DNA from: Sphyrna mokarran | Taxonomy: Eukaryota | Length of the DNA: 64,000 bases | NCBI GenBank assembly: GCA_024679065.1 | Contig: JAGIQG010000006.1 | Span: 68,882,001-68,946,000, forward strand | Direction: 5' to 3' | Notes under the pieces: generated by a model | The model's database searches: none | What the model was told of the DNA's origin: nothing | What the model saw: only the letters and a program-made list of their open reading frames with translations | Program-made: the position numbers and the translations under genes | Shown: one piece after another, positions 11,448-24,129 of the stretch | How the letters are laid out: each line of letters starts with the position of its first letter | Position numbering within the stretch: the stretch's first letter is position 1

Positions 11448-13134
11448 TATCTTTAACTTCCCTAGACCTATAAACAATTCTGGAAATTTATTTCAAAATG
11501 TACTGTTGCAGTTCTCTTCAACAGCTTCATTCACTTTATAGATTAATTTCGTTTTAGACATATACTTCTGCCTGCTGGAGGTGATTTTGAATGACATTGA
11601 GGTTTGACGTCTTTATATTTTATATTTCAGCTTAGCAATGATCTGGCCTTTGACATTTAAAGTTGTCCCGCTACACCCCTCTAATTTAATAATGTAACCT
11701 TTTTGAACCATTTGCTTTCATCTGTTAGAACAGAAACTCCTGCTTCTATGCTTAGTTTAAACTCTGTGGATGTCCATTCACTTAAAGTTTAATACTCCAA
11801 TAGTTTCCTCAAGTGTCATTTACCTGCCCAGGAAGGTTAGTCTTTTTTGTTTGTGATTCTTGCACTTCTTGTGGCTCTGTTTTAAAATGTTTTCCATCTT
11901 TTTACAGTTTGTCAGTGTTTCTGAGTGACTACCAATTTTGAAATGATTTATTTTTCCACAGTTGTGGGATCTACCCTCCTTGCCAGGCAATCTTTTCATA
12001 ACCATGGTTTGTTCCCGCCACACCCAAGACAAAATGGCAGTTGGCTCACTTTTCCCCATTTTGACATGCTTAGGCTTTGAGCATTTTCAGACTGAATAGC
12101 CTCACTCGATCTGTGGGGCCTTTCCTTCACCATAAACAAATGCTCGGTTTTGTTTTCTGATCTCTGTTTAACTTACAATCTGCACTGTTTTTACTAATGT
12201 TAAATCTTTTCTTTTTCTGTAGGAGATTTGATAATACTTCACCTAGGACTCAACTATGATTCTATCATCAATCAGCTCATCATCTATAGTTTTATAATCA
12301 CAATTGCCTGCCAGCCAATATAGATTGTTGGTGAATGAATCCATGCTTTCACCTGGTTGTTGCTTTCTTTTATTACATTTAGCTGTCTCTATTATTAAAT
12401 TCTGAAGAAGGATTTCTTCATAAAAAGTTGAAATCTCAACTACCTCCTACTTTACTACCACATTATCAGTGATAGATCCTACAGTGTAAAATAGTGTACA
12501 GACCTGGTTTTTCTGATACTTTTTGCAAAATTCTGAAGTGGTTCTATAGCTTGTACTTTAGGACTGTGCTTATTGCTGCCTGGTCTCTGATTCTGTGTCT
12601 CTGCTTGCATTTGTCGTTCCCATGATGTTCCAACTTTTTGCTATCTGATCCTGGATGCAAACTTGTTGTTCCAAACTAGGCTGTTCTATACCTGTATTTT
12701 ATCATACACTTTGATCATCTTCTCTTGTAGCTTTAGAAGTTTCTGTCTAGTTTCTGAGAGAGTAGAATGGGTAAGAGGATGTAGATTAGTATGCACTGGT
12801 CTGCCAAACATGAGTTCTGCCAGTGATAGAATAGTTGCACTTCAAGGTATTGCTCTCAGATGTAACATTGTATTGTATCAATCCTCTTTTCACCATCTAC
12901 ATTTAAGAATTCAGGATTTCATCATGCAAACCATTTATTTAACTAGGCAGTTGGACATAGGGTAATGAGGAGAAGTAGCACAATCGATATCTCACTTCTT
13001 ACACAAAGCCTGAAATGGCTTACTAAGAAATTGCAGACCATTATCCATAATGATCGCCCTAGGCAAACCAAATAAACTGAAAATAGCACTTGGTGTGTGT
13101 GTAACAGCTGTGTTTGACATGTTATTCAATAGTC

Positions 13135-13592
13135 AACTACCTCTACCCTTCTCTGTCTGGCTAAACCTATTCCCTCATTAAACAGTTTCTCTCAACTCAT
13201 TTTTTAAGTTCATTTATAATTACAAATAAGGCTTACATTTACATTGCAATGAAGTTACTGTGAAATTCCCCTAGTTGCCACAGTCCCGCACCTGTCTGGG
13301 TCAATGCACCTAACCAGCATGTCTTCCCAAATGTGCAAGGAAACCAGAGTACCCAGAGAAAACCCACAAAGACATAGGGCGAACATGCAAACTCCACACA
13401 GACAGCAACCCAAGCCAGGAATCAAATCTTGGTCTTTAATGCTGTGAAACAGCAGTGCTAACCACTGTGCTACTGTGCCACCCATCTTACTTCCTCTAAA
13501 TAAAAGGTGTTGCTGTGGATACCTACATGGGTCCTAGTGATGTCTTCCTTTTTAGAGTTTAAATGGAGCATTTCTTGTTCCAGTCTTACTGA
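13135..13592 (+). mobile_element. Penelope-like reverse transcriptase fragment, split by the SINE at 13203-13483
   Basis: Decayed TLLCLAKP..LNSFS.NS | YFL*IKGVAVDTYMGPS..EHFLFQSY resembles the PLE RT motif LxLNNFSFNxxxFLQxKGVAMGTxMGPSYA. Confidence 0.65.
13203..13483 (-). mobile_element. HE1/V-SINE-type SINE, tail variant B
   Basis: CATTGCAATGAAGTTACTGTGAAATTCCCCTAG..ATGCAAACTCCACACAGACAG..CAGCAGTGCTAACCACTGTGC. Confidence 0.9.
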
Positions 13593-13985
13593 AGCCCATT
13601 GAATCTGTTCCGTTGCTCAATCATTGCTGATATATTTTACTCATTCACATTCCTCTTCCTTGTACCCGTTGATCACCTTATTAATCAAGAACCTATTTAT
13701 CTCTGTCTTAAAAACACATTGGAGGAAGTGCACCATTGGCAGACTGGAGAATCCTGCTGCCATGAAGGCCAGAAAATTCTAGCCTCCATTTCCTTCTCCA
13801 CAGATGCTGCCAGACCTTCTGAATATTTCAAACATTTTGTGTTTTTATTTCATTTTAAGTCTTTTGTGTTATGTTTGATTAAAAGATGTTGTCTGAAAAG
13901 CTACCACTTCCTGTATTTGTAAAAACTGTTGTATTGTACAACACATTAAATTAGTTAGAGTATGAAAACAAATGCAGTATCTTAC

Positions 13986-14007
13986 TTGAATCTTCTCCTT
14001 TCGTATC
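13986..14007 (-). other. Candidate 22-nt micro-exon
   Basis: Minus strand has a long T/C tract ending ttcag|GATACGAAAGGAGAAGATTCAA|gtaaga; open in all three frames; no repeat recognised around it. Confidence 0.3.
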
Positions 14008-15183
14008 CTGAAAAAAAAAGAAAAAAAGAACTCCAATATTGTTCACAGCTTACAAAACAGTCAAATTCGTACAAGGGATGCTTTCAACGTTCTTTCAATA
14101 TGCAACATGGTAATCTCTAGAATACCATTTATATCTTAAAATCGTGCCAATGATGTTTGAAACAGGGCATGATGTTTTAATATTCCTGCATGATTTCATC
14201 AGATAATTAGAAAAATATACATGGCATGCTGATGATTTCATCTTAGATTACAGAAGAAAAACAAATAACATTGCATTGTTAGGGATGATTCTTCATTCTT
14301 TGTTGGATCACTGGTGCATGATGTTTGTGCACCAGTGAGTATGAAGTAGGTTCGGACTAGTGAATCCCACATTGTGTGTTTTCAGTCATCCAGACAATTC
14401 AGGGAGTGCATCCAGATACTTTCCTACAAGAACAACAATTTGACTACAAATTAGTCTGCACCATTTCTCATTCATCTTCTGATGTTCAATTAATAGAAGT
14501 GTAGTAACATCTTGGCCATCCACCTTTTTAAGTGGAGAAAGGTGTATGGTAAGGGAGAAATCTTAAGGGGGAGACAACAAAATAAATAATGGAAAAAGAA
14601 ATTGACTTACCAAAAAGGGTGCAGCGATGCAAAATATGATCTCTGCACACTACACTGCTATAATGTTCAAATCAACCTTACACTAAAAAAGGTGAGTGCC
14701 CTAATTAAGTTGCAAAATGGGATGTAGATCTAATTAAGTGAGCAGAAATAACAAAAAGAAACACTGCTTTAATACTTAAAACCCCAGGAGACTTCATATA
14801 CTGCCCTATTGTTTGCAAACTTGACAGACACAATATATGATAAATGATAATGAACTACAGTAGCAAGCACTGAGCTGTTAATTAGTATTATAGCTTCAAT
14901 GCAGTTTTGTCTTCTACATCTACTGCAGTGAATTTAGACCCTCTAATGTAGTCACTGCTGAGTAAAAGTGTTGTCAATGCAATTTGCTTATGCTTAACCC
15001 TCAACTCAAGAGAAACTTTCTTGAAACACACTGGAGATTTCCACAACATGGTGTACATAAATCTCCATCGAGACTATACTAAGCAATTTTAAAAACGCAG
15101 TTTATGAGCTTTTGAATTATATTTGCACTAATAGACATGTTGAGAAGATTTGGCCATAATCCTCTGGGCATCAATTGGGTGAA

Positions 15184-15430
15184 AGCAATATCCATATAAA
15201 ATGAACACTGGATCATCCACCTTGAGTATGAAAAATGCTTGCTCATGTAGGTATTTATATGGAATCTCCACATAAAGTGATCAACTGATTACTCTTACGG
15301 AACAATCAGTGGATTTTCCATATGATATGCTCTGTGAATTTTCCATGTAAAGTGATCAATGGATTGTGTATAATGATCACTGAATTGTCCATGTAACTTA
15401 ATCAGTAGGTTGGCCATGTTATGTGAACAA
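15184..15430. repeat. Degenerate 25-bp minisatellite (about 10 units)
   Basis: Units start at 15260, 15285, 15310, 15335 and 15360, e.g. TGGAATCTCCACATAAAGTGATCAA, TGAATTTTCCATGTAAAGTGATCAA, and TGAATTGTCCATGTAACTTAATCAG (15381). Confidence 0.7.
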
Positions 15431-15769
15431 CAGATGTAGCATTGTCCGGTTTATACGAACAATCCTTTGACCAGTTTACAATGATCTGCTGTTTTTGAAT
15501 AGGCTCTTTTAAATACACTGTTAAACAAAATAATCTGAATCAAGTAACAACATTCATTTTGGTTCTTCACAAGTAACCAAAAATGTTGCATTAGTTATTG
15601 TTTTTATCTTCCCACATTTTCCTTTCTCTTTTGGAAACTGTAGGAAAGTATTGGAAGGCGTCAATGCAGACACAATGGGCCAAATGACTTCCTCCTGCAA
15701 TGTAAAGATTCTATGATAAGCAGGCTGGTAATCAACCTGTTGAACTGTGTCCTTCTGTGGAGTGAAACT

Positions 15770-15902
15770 TCCACCTGAGGAAGGCTACAAAGGCCGAAAG
15801 CTTGCAAGTTTACTATCAAATAAATCAGTTGGATTTAAAATTGGTATTGTCAGACCTCTTACTGAGTTTACCCTAGTCCAACGCCGGCATCTCTACATCA
15901 TG
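15770..15902 (+). mobile_element. 5'-truncated Penelope-like terminus with hammerhead core, flanked by a TSD
   Basis: CTGAGGA-A-GGCT-ACAAA-GGCC-GAAA-GCTT at 15775-15803; body homologous to the 10918-11290 arms; GAGTGAAACT duplicated at 15760 and 15902. Confidence 0.8.
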
Positions 15903-17379
15903 AGTGAAACTCAAGCCCAGAGCTTCTGGCTCAAGTAGGGCAGCTGCCTGTGGAGCTGCAAGATCTCCATACATTAGTCATAAATTATAATTTGGTAATC
16001 CTGACACCAAATACAGGACAAGAAAAAAAGAGAACATATAGAAATGTCAGAAACTGGAGAACAAAGAAATGAAAATTTTAAAACCTTTTGTTTCAAAGAA
16101 CAGACAGCTTGATCAATTCTTTATCTTGAGTTCTGCTCACTAACAACAAGTTTTATCAGTCAGTAGATAGCTACAGCCAATTAGGACATGCATTTTTCTA
16201 ACAGGGAAGGCAGCACTTGGTGAACATTATTTTCAGTTTAGTTGTTCTTGCAAGACTGTCAATTGCAGATCTGATACTGATTTTACATGCTGCCCAAAGC
16301 AGGCAAATTACAAATGCCAGCATCCAAATGGAAAGTGATCCACAAAGTCAGGAAATGAGAAAGCCAGTGTGGGAGGAACAACTGCGCATCATCATGAATG
16401 AATAGAGGCACTGCCAAGCAATTGGAATCAACTCTGATCTGACAATTGGAAACTAAGGTATTGAAATTAAGGCAACATACAACAATGAATTCACATATAC
16501 CTTTTCTTACATCAGGTTTCTGTATTCTTCAATCTTTCCAGCTATTAGTTTTCTCATGACAAATTCAGAAAGTAGTTGTTTAAGATTGGGCTCATTGGAG
16601 GCTTATGAAATGTCTGCCCCTTTCTACTAAGCATGCAGATGATAATCTTGTTTTTTTGCCATGAAATGATTTATGAAAATGTTTTATGAAAACCATAAAA
16701 CATATGGGGAAATTTTCTGAAGTCTCTCCCAATTGTGTGGTGAATGGACAGACAGCAGTAGAATCCAATGAACGATTGCCAACACAGAGCATTTTGATTC
16801 ATTGCTGTGTATCCTGAAAAAAATGAAAGCTCAAGGAACATTCATAAACATTTCCTACTTAAAGTGGTATTTTCTGTGCTGGTGTATAGGTTTGGTGGCA
16901 GCAGTGGGAATGAGAGTGATTTCTACTTGGCAGCAGGATGACTGGCCATATGCAATCTTCTACATTCAGCTCCTTGCATGTGCAAGGAGCATACCGAATC
17001 TCATCATGGGAGTTAGCAGGAATTCACTATTCTCACTGTTATCCAGTAACGTTGAAAGTCCCAGTGCCACCCAGGGCACCCAGACAGTCATTCACTCACT
17101 GCAAGCCAGCAGCATCAGTCTGACTGTCATTGCAGAGGAGGAGATCTACTTTGATAACAAAATGTCTCAGAGCAGACAGCCTGTGGCCTAACAGTTCAGT
17201 GAAGGCTCCCTGTATGTTCTCCACCAGGCCATCCAGGAAAGATGTTACTTCCCAGGGATGGCAACAGGAGGCCCTTCCATCAGACCACATGCGCAGTAAA
17301 CCATACTTTGCACCTGCAGGAATTCTGTGATCGCTGCAAAACCTCATGCTCTGGCTGCCTGGCTCTTGGGATTCAAACA

Positions 17380-17545
17380 GAAATAGGCAAATTGAAGAGG
17401 GCATCTGTAAGCTTCCCAATGCACTTATGGCCTTGAGAGCTCCCTGAAATGAGCCAATCACTTTCAGCAACCGGAATAATTTCCACTCCTTGAACATAAT
17501 CACACAAGATAAATCTTATATGTTTGTGCTTGGTTCCCAGGAACC
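17380..17545 (+). mobile_element. PIF/Harbinger transposase relic (catalytic region)
   Basis: Decayed MALRAP..FSNRNNFHSLNI..ILYVCAWFPG resembles Harbinger THVAxRAP..NRKGFHSLNVQ..ARFPGS. Confidence 0.65.
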
Positions 17546-17559
17546 TCTGATAATCCCTT

Positions 17560-17900
17560 TATTCTGAAGTCCCCCAGTTTTTTTGCTGACGAGGGATTGG
17601 GATATAAGGGAGCAATGTGGAGCCCTGGAAGGAGCTGTTAGCAAAGGGGTTCAGGATGGCAGTGACCTTTAATGCCTTCAGAATGGAATTGCCCCCAAGT
17701 TCATCAAGGAGAAGCTGGCAGACGTGAGTAACCACATTCCAGGCAATCAAAAGGCGCCTCCGGCATTGCCTTTCATTCAACTGCCAGTTGCTGCATTGTG
17801 TCCAATATGCTAAAGTTCAAGCCACTGTCAAGTGGCTCCTTGCTGCCAGCATCCTGAGCTTGTTGAGGCTCTGCTGCTTCCGGCTGCTCAGGTGATTCTC
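17560..17900 (-). mobile_element. PIF/Harbinger transposase relic (N-terminal HTH region)
   Basis: ORF 17559-17780 NERQCRRRLLIAWNVVTHVCQLL..LKVTAILNPFANSSFQ resembles Harbinger SERQCRRRLR..VKVTxALNFFAxGSFQ. Confidence 0.65.
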
Positions 17901-20573
17901 CTTCTGGCCCTGAGTTAACTGCATTAGTTCCTCTTCATCTGGATGAGAGACATTAGAAAGGCAGATAGCCTGGAACCTGTATTATCAAGGTCTTGGTGGC
18001 TCTTTAAAAGAATTTCAGTGATCCATCCAGTTAGCATATTCTTTGCAGATTAACTTTCATCTCTGAGGCTAAAAGCTAATACTAAGCCCTGTGCCTGGCA
18101 TCCACAGGATGTGGCATCCCTACACTACCTCTTCTAGATGAAATATATCTTAGATATATTCCATATTCACATACGATTGTGCATAGAGACATTGAACATT
18201 GACCAGGGTATTGACAGCCGTATGTAAGATTCCTCCCTCAGACATTAATCAGTTTTCTTAATTACCCTCCACACTCTACAGAGATCATTGCCTTAGCACC
18301 AAGAAAGACTTAGTGCATAAGCTCTTTTCAATTAAGACCATTGACCCAGTGGAATGGAGATTTGGAGTTAGAATATCCATCACTTGTATGCCCTGGAGAT
18401 ATTCACAGCCCTCCCTTCGTCCAGGCCTGTGACAGCAGCAGCTTTCAATCAACAAACAATGTACAACAAATCTAGATCTTGATTAGTTCTTGCTGGAATG
18501 TAATCCATTAGTCATGGAGCAGTACTAGTATATTGGATGTTAGAATCTCAATAGCAGAACGCACCTGGGTCTGCTTCTCCTTGGAGTGGACTGGTAACCC
18601 ATGGCATAACCCTTTACTGATACCAAGAAAATAACGCATTACCTTTTCCCACCCAAAAAGAGAAAACTCCTACATCAATTGCTTCAGAGGTTTAGTGAAC
18701 TGAATGACAACTTTGAGAGCTTCAGTTTGATACATGTGAAGTTGCCTGCACACCTTCTACTCACCTCCTGTTATCCACCAAGTTCCTCCCATTCTCCTAC
18801 ACAATCACTGCTGTGTCATTCCTCACCTTTCTCTAACCATTCAGCCACACCTCCCCTTCCCCCATTATTTTGCAGACAATTATCATTATATGAACATTTC
18901 TGTTCTCCCCTCTGTTCTGAATGTGCTCATGCCCCTCTTGTCCCTGAACCCTGCGGGTCTCGAAGTCTGTTGTATGCTAACTCTCTCTGAACCCCGTGTA
19001 TGAGAGACCATCTAATATCCACGCACGATCCTAGCCTTCCACCCTACCTGATTTAACTCGCTTCTCTTACTGTGACTGTACCCTCTGCCTCCAAATACCC
19101 TCATTCAAACCCTTAGGTTAAAATTCTTGGACACACAGACCATGTCTATGTCTCTACGATGTTCACTGTTCGTCAGGAAGCTCAATCTTTAACATCCCAA
19201 GAATTTAATTGCAGAAATTTATCCCAGCATCAGGAAATTGATTTTTGACCTCCCATTAAATTAAGTTCCCATGCCCGTCAAGCTTCCTGCCACAGATGGG
19301 ACCGGAAGACTCTGGCCTTCATCAGAGATTCAGGCAAATCAATTAATCATTCAAAATGCAGGTAATAAATGAAGGAGTGGACATCTTGGGGTCCAGTTTG
19401 GTAGCTCTATGACAACTGGAGTATATAGAACAGCATCTTGCAGAGATTAAAGGATGTTTAGTTGAACTTCAGGGATTTAAATCTCTTTCTAATTCTGTGA
19501 GCTCAGTTCTCTCACTGACTGGCGGTAACAAGAATTTTGTTCTCAGCGCTAGCAGAGTAGCTGGTGTGCATGCTGGTAAGGCTGATTGCCTTATGACATT
19601 AGCACAGAGAAGTATGCTATCAGCTAGGGATGGGTAATAAATGATGCTCTAGCTAGCGAGGCCCATATCCTGCAAACAATTTTTAAAAAGCTCCCTGCAG
19701 ATGTCTTCAATTTTGCAGCTCCAGGCTGCCATCGAGCCCATGACAAAGAGTCAGCCCATGACTTAGAGACCCTGACAGCAGGGCTACTTCCATCACAAGA
19801 GGCTCAAAATAGTTTAGTGCAGCCCTATACATCTTAGACCCCAGGCCCTCGGATTGTACATAGAAATAGGGCAGAGAAAAGGTTCTGCAGTCACAAGGGA
19901 GTTTACAGTGAAGAAATTAAGTAATGCATTTGTAAATAGTTGTAATAAATCACTGGAATTATTCATAGAAGGACTACCTTGCGATTAGTTTTCTCACAGG
20001 ACAATGGGTACTATGTTGAAGCTCATGACATTGATATGATAGCTAGTTATAAAGAGCAAAAGTTCGATTTGAACAATGAAAGTTTAAAAAAATGCTCAGC
20101 AGGTCTGACAATGTCTGAAGGACAGACTTTACAGAAAAACAGAGTTAAAGGGTTGAATTTACCTGCCCCCATGATGTTGGCCTTGGGATGGGTGTGGCTG
20201 GAAAAATGGTGGGGAGGAAGAATTGCTTTTGGATAGCTCACTGATGCGTTCTTGCCTCTAGGGAATTTTCCACGTGCTGGGAAGCAGATTAGCCGCCCAC
20301 ATCACTGAACCCATTAACATAATTAAGGCCTTTGTTTCAGAGTAATTTTCAATCTCTCTGCTATTTTTCCAGCCGCATAGCACTCCCTTGTCACATGTAG
20401 AAACCACTAGTTCAACAAAGGCAGCATCCCAGCAGGTGACCTGGAGTCTCCATGTGGCAATAAGGAATCTGTATCCCAAAAGACCATAATCTGAGCTGAG
20501 ACCAATCTAGAGGAGATGTTTTCCCTTCACCCAATTTTTCTACCAGTCTAGATACCAATTATTTTATTATTGA

Positions 20574-20912
20574 TCATAGAATCCCTAAAATGCAGAAGGA
20601 GACCATTTGACCCATCCAGTCTGCACTGATTCTCCGACAGATCATTTTACCAAGGCCCTATTTCTCTGATCCCACGAATTTACTCCATAATCCTCCAAAG
20701 CTACACATCTTGAGATACTAAAGGACTATGTAGCATGGCCAATACGCCTAATTGTAACATGTTTGGACTATGGGAGGAAACAGGAGCACACAAAGGAAAC
20801 TCGTGCAGACACAACGAGAATGTGCAAACTCCACATTGGCAGTCACCCAAGGCTGGAATTGAACCCTGTGTCCTGGCATTGTAAGAGAGCAGTGTTAGCC
20901 ACTGTGCAATTA
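20574..20912 (-). mobile_element. HE1/V-SINE-type SINE, variant A
   Basis: CATAGAATCCC..GCAGAAGGAGACCATT tail; GAGAATGTGCAAACTCCACA; GGAATTGAACCC. Confidence 0.9.
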
Positions 20913-23900
20913 TGCAAGGAAGCAAGTATACACACAGTGAGCATGCAGCATCTGCATGTTGAAGCACCAAACCTTTCTTTAACCACACCAAATGCTTGCT
21001 CAATTCAAATTCTTGCATTACTTTGAACTAAAGGATCAATTAAACCCATTGACGGTGTAGATTGTGATGCATGATTACCCTTTATACAGTTGAAGTGACC
21101 AGGCAGTATGCAAACTTTACGTTGTCTCCTCATCACCATGAAGTCAACACTAAACATGTTGCTGATTGGCATCACAATCATGGCTACCACAAGAAACAGC
21201 TAGCTTGCATTTCTTAAAGGCAACCTACACCTCTTTTCAGGATGCAGTAGGCTAGAGATAGCATTCCATGGATGTCCGTTTAAGAGCCTCTTTAAGATGG
21301 GAACAATGGAGAGATCTTTCCCATTTTCAGTGAGTGGTGCAGTAGATGGGTTTTTCCTGCCTTACAATCAGATATATCATTGAAAACAGTGAAGGGGGTG
21401 AGTACTGTGATATAATACGAATGGGGCAGGCTCTGAGTGAGCCCCTACCACCAGCAAATTAGTGTTTTAAAGATCATGGTGCCCTTTACTAACCAGACAC
21501 TGCCCCCTTCAATTTTGATTTTTTTGCATTGGGATGTCCTTTATAAAGTCAAAATTGATGGGGGCAGTGTCTGCACTGCCAAGGACTGTGCCTAGGCAGT
21601 TTTTCCATTCTCAATCCAGCCTGATGAAGCAGGAGTGGACAATCCAATCCACCCAACCTCCACCTGCACCTCCCCCGTCCTTTCTCACCCTCCCCACAAG
21701 TCCCATGAGTTGGAGATTTCCTGAAATTGTAAACCAGCTTCCTGTCTAGCAATGCAAGGGGGGAGTGAAGGTGAGCTGGAGTCGGGTGTTGCCTCTGGAA
21801 AGCAACCCCAAGGCAGAAATAGAAGCAGACTATTGCTGAGGCTGGCAGGTTCAAAGTTCTGCTTCAGTTCCCTGGGGCATCAGCTCTGTTCTGTGTAAGT
21901 GTTAGTGCTCAAACCTTACCTCCTAATCCTCTCTACCCACTCACTTACTCCCTATATATTCCCACGCTCACTGAATCTCCCATGCCCCATACCTGAACAG
22001 ATAGTTGAACTATTAATCAAAAACAAGATAAAAGCATAGGATCCGTCTGAAATATTTATTGCTAAAGAAACATGTGTTTGCTGGATAAAGTACTAAATGC
22101 ATAAGAACGCATTCATATCTCTGGCCCACATTGAATGATCACTTACCTTTTAAGAACAAGCCCTATCTTCAATCACCGCATTAAAATATAATTATCATAA
22201 TGATCCCATAGCATTACATTATGCCATGTGAAGTTGTCAACAAGTTTTAAGCTTACCTGTCAAAGCTTTCTGACTTGAGAACAGGTTTACCCTATGTTTC
22301 ATGACCCTTCTGACTTGGCATGAACCATGTTGCTTTTAGAAGCCTGTCAGACTCCATGAAAATTGCAAGGATTTTAAGATCACCACCCTGCTGGCATAGG
22401 GATTGCTGTATGCAGGATCATGACCTGCATGCTTATCCTGCATCCATAAAATAGCAGAGGACGAGAATGGGATGAAAAATTCTGTGTCGGGCCAGCAAAC
22501 TCTGACCCAAGGAGTCTGACCCCATGGATCTGAATGCAATGCTATCAGAAAGTTCAGTAACTTCACAAGTAAATCATCTTCAGATGTCTTTTCTGATCCA
22601 CTGCTACACCGATTTCACATAGTGCTCAATGTACCTTCCACCATCCCACAGGCACTGATGAATCAACAGTCATGACCCAATACCAACATTTAGAAGTTCC
22701 ATATCGTTTTCACAAAGTTAGCACTGCAGCCAGCCTCACACCCACCTCCCCCAACTTTCATAATTCTCCAGCTATTCAACTGTGGCAGGCATGGCAACCA
22801 AACACATGGCAACACACTCACTGACACTCCTTTCTCACTCTCTCACAAAGCAAGATCACACATAACAGGAGCAAATAACAGAAACCTAAGAGAGAACAAC
22901 ATGCCTGTACCACCTCAACCCTTCAAAGGAAACAATGCGACTAAACACTAATAAGGTGGGAATTACACCCCTCATTCAGGTGAAAGTCACACCTTGGAGA
23001 AGTGCCAGCCAATCAGCAGAGAGTTGGGTAATCAGCTAAAGTGATGTTGCGGACCACACAGATGTTGACCGGAATTCTCCTGCCTTTCACACTGGCAGGA
23101 TTCTCCAGTCCCACTGGCAGCACATCTCCGCCCACGGGTTTCCCGCCAGCGAGGAGTGACATAATGAGAATTCCCATTTACAGCAGCAGGACCAGAGAAT
23201 CCCACTGCTATCAAACAACATGCCACCTCCCACCGGCAGGAAACAGATGGCTGGGAAGCCAGAGACTCTTGCCCATTACCTGTGAGTCTTTTCAACTTGA
23301 AACAATGGTTTGTAGCAGGTTTTTTGTTTAGTTTTGCAAGGGTGTGAGGAGTAATGTGATACCCCCAGTGAGAATAGGTAGCCCAGTTGCTGTGCGACAA
23401 TTACTTGGGGCAGGGGTGTATGATAGTATTCATCCTCCCACTGCCACTTCACCTGTGCTCTTACTGGTGACTTTCACCCAGCCAACTAGACAGGCTGCAG
23501 AGGTACAGAAATCCAAAATCCAACCCCCTAACTCCAGAACTGTACAGGGTGGTCCTCAAGCCAACAGCTTTCCACTTGCCATGCTGCAAGCATTAGGATA
23601 ACAGTGGGTAGGGCCAACAGACTAGGCAGTGGAATTGTTACAGAACAGCAATGATTTTCTCCATGATGTTCTTGGTTGTTGAATGAGTCTCATTATGCAG
23701 GTGCAGTCCATATGTTATCAGGTAGTGAAGGAAAATCATGATGACAGGAGTATAAAGGGTACCCTTTGTCACTCAGCAGCCAACCTGTCATTCAATGTGG
23801 TGACAAAAAGATGGTGGGAGCTGTTAACTGAATCACGTTGAAGACATTGTGGCTGTTTTCAGGATAGCAGGCATGAGCCAATTCATTAATATGATATTCT

Positions 23901-24129
23901 GTCATTTAATTTGGTATATCAAAGCCATCTCACACATTATTCCCAGCAGAGGTGGAGATGGAAAAATGCACATCCAAAACCCTGACTTCTGGAGAGCTTC
24001 CCCCTCCCCCCATGCACAGTTTCCCCTCTCTGCTGCATATGGTCCACAACCTTGTCATCTTGGAACGTAAGAAGGACTGCAAGTTTAGCATCCGTAATAA
24101 ATTATGTACAGTACTGGTCTCCTTATTTA

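Larger units (their letters stand above)
8050..12620 (-). mobile_element. Degenerate Ty3/Gypsy LTR retrotransposon internal region (gag-PR-RT-IN pseudogene)
   Basis: Minus-strand relics in Gypsy order: gag KQQPGESMDSFTNNLYWLAGNCDY..ELIDDRII (~12300); zinc knuckle NCGKINHF (~11950); protease FKLSIEAGVSVL (~11750); FPELFIGLGKLK (~11470); RT TKWCSRTVKVPKQNDSL*ISMDFTQLNK (~10690) and IYHMGNILMH..EHDHRV (~10380); integrase THGIPEAIAFDSGLQ (~9220), NGKAEKWMQTIK (~8790), SASELLMRRKLRSQL (~8400), NLPMLKPVENVCVQD (~8240). Many stops and frameshifts; LTRs not recognised. Confidence 0.9.

Noticed and set aside
5071-14660. Apparent minus-strand spliced gene (exons near 14611, 13986-14007, 8202-8272 and 5071-5150) ending ..HMYCNLPMLKPVENVCVQDQQKKGYGSGIWTTYWPWIIISILCGHLQLI*, resembling a GPI-anchor tail
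   Set aside because: The 8202-8272 segment is the Gypsy integrase C-terminus (cf. LPxLxPGxxVWVxD..GTV) and the last segment lies in a CR1 3' remnant. The phase compatibility is probably coincidental; exonisation cannot be claimed without RNA data.
14611-14685. In-frame TGA upstream of a Cys-containing frame, suggesting a selenoprotein
   Set aside because: An in-frame TAA lies just upstream, no SECIS element was identified, and the gene model itself is unsupported.
16592-16813. Strong minus-strand acceptor followed by short open frames (e.g. MNQNALCWQSFIGFYCC..)
   Set aside because: No credible donor before the stop codons and no recognisable protein similarity.
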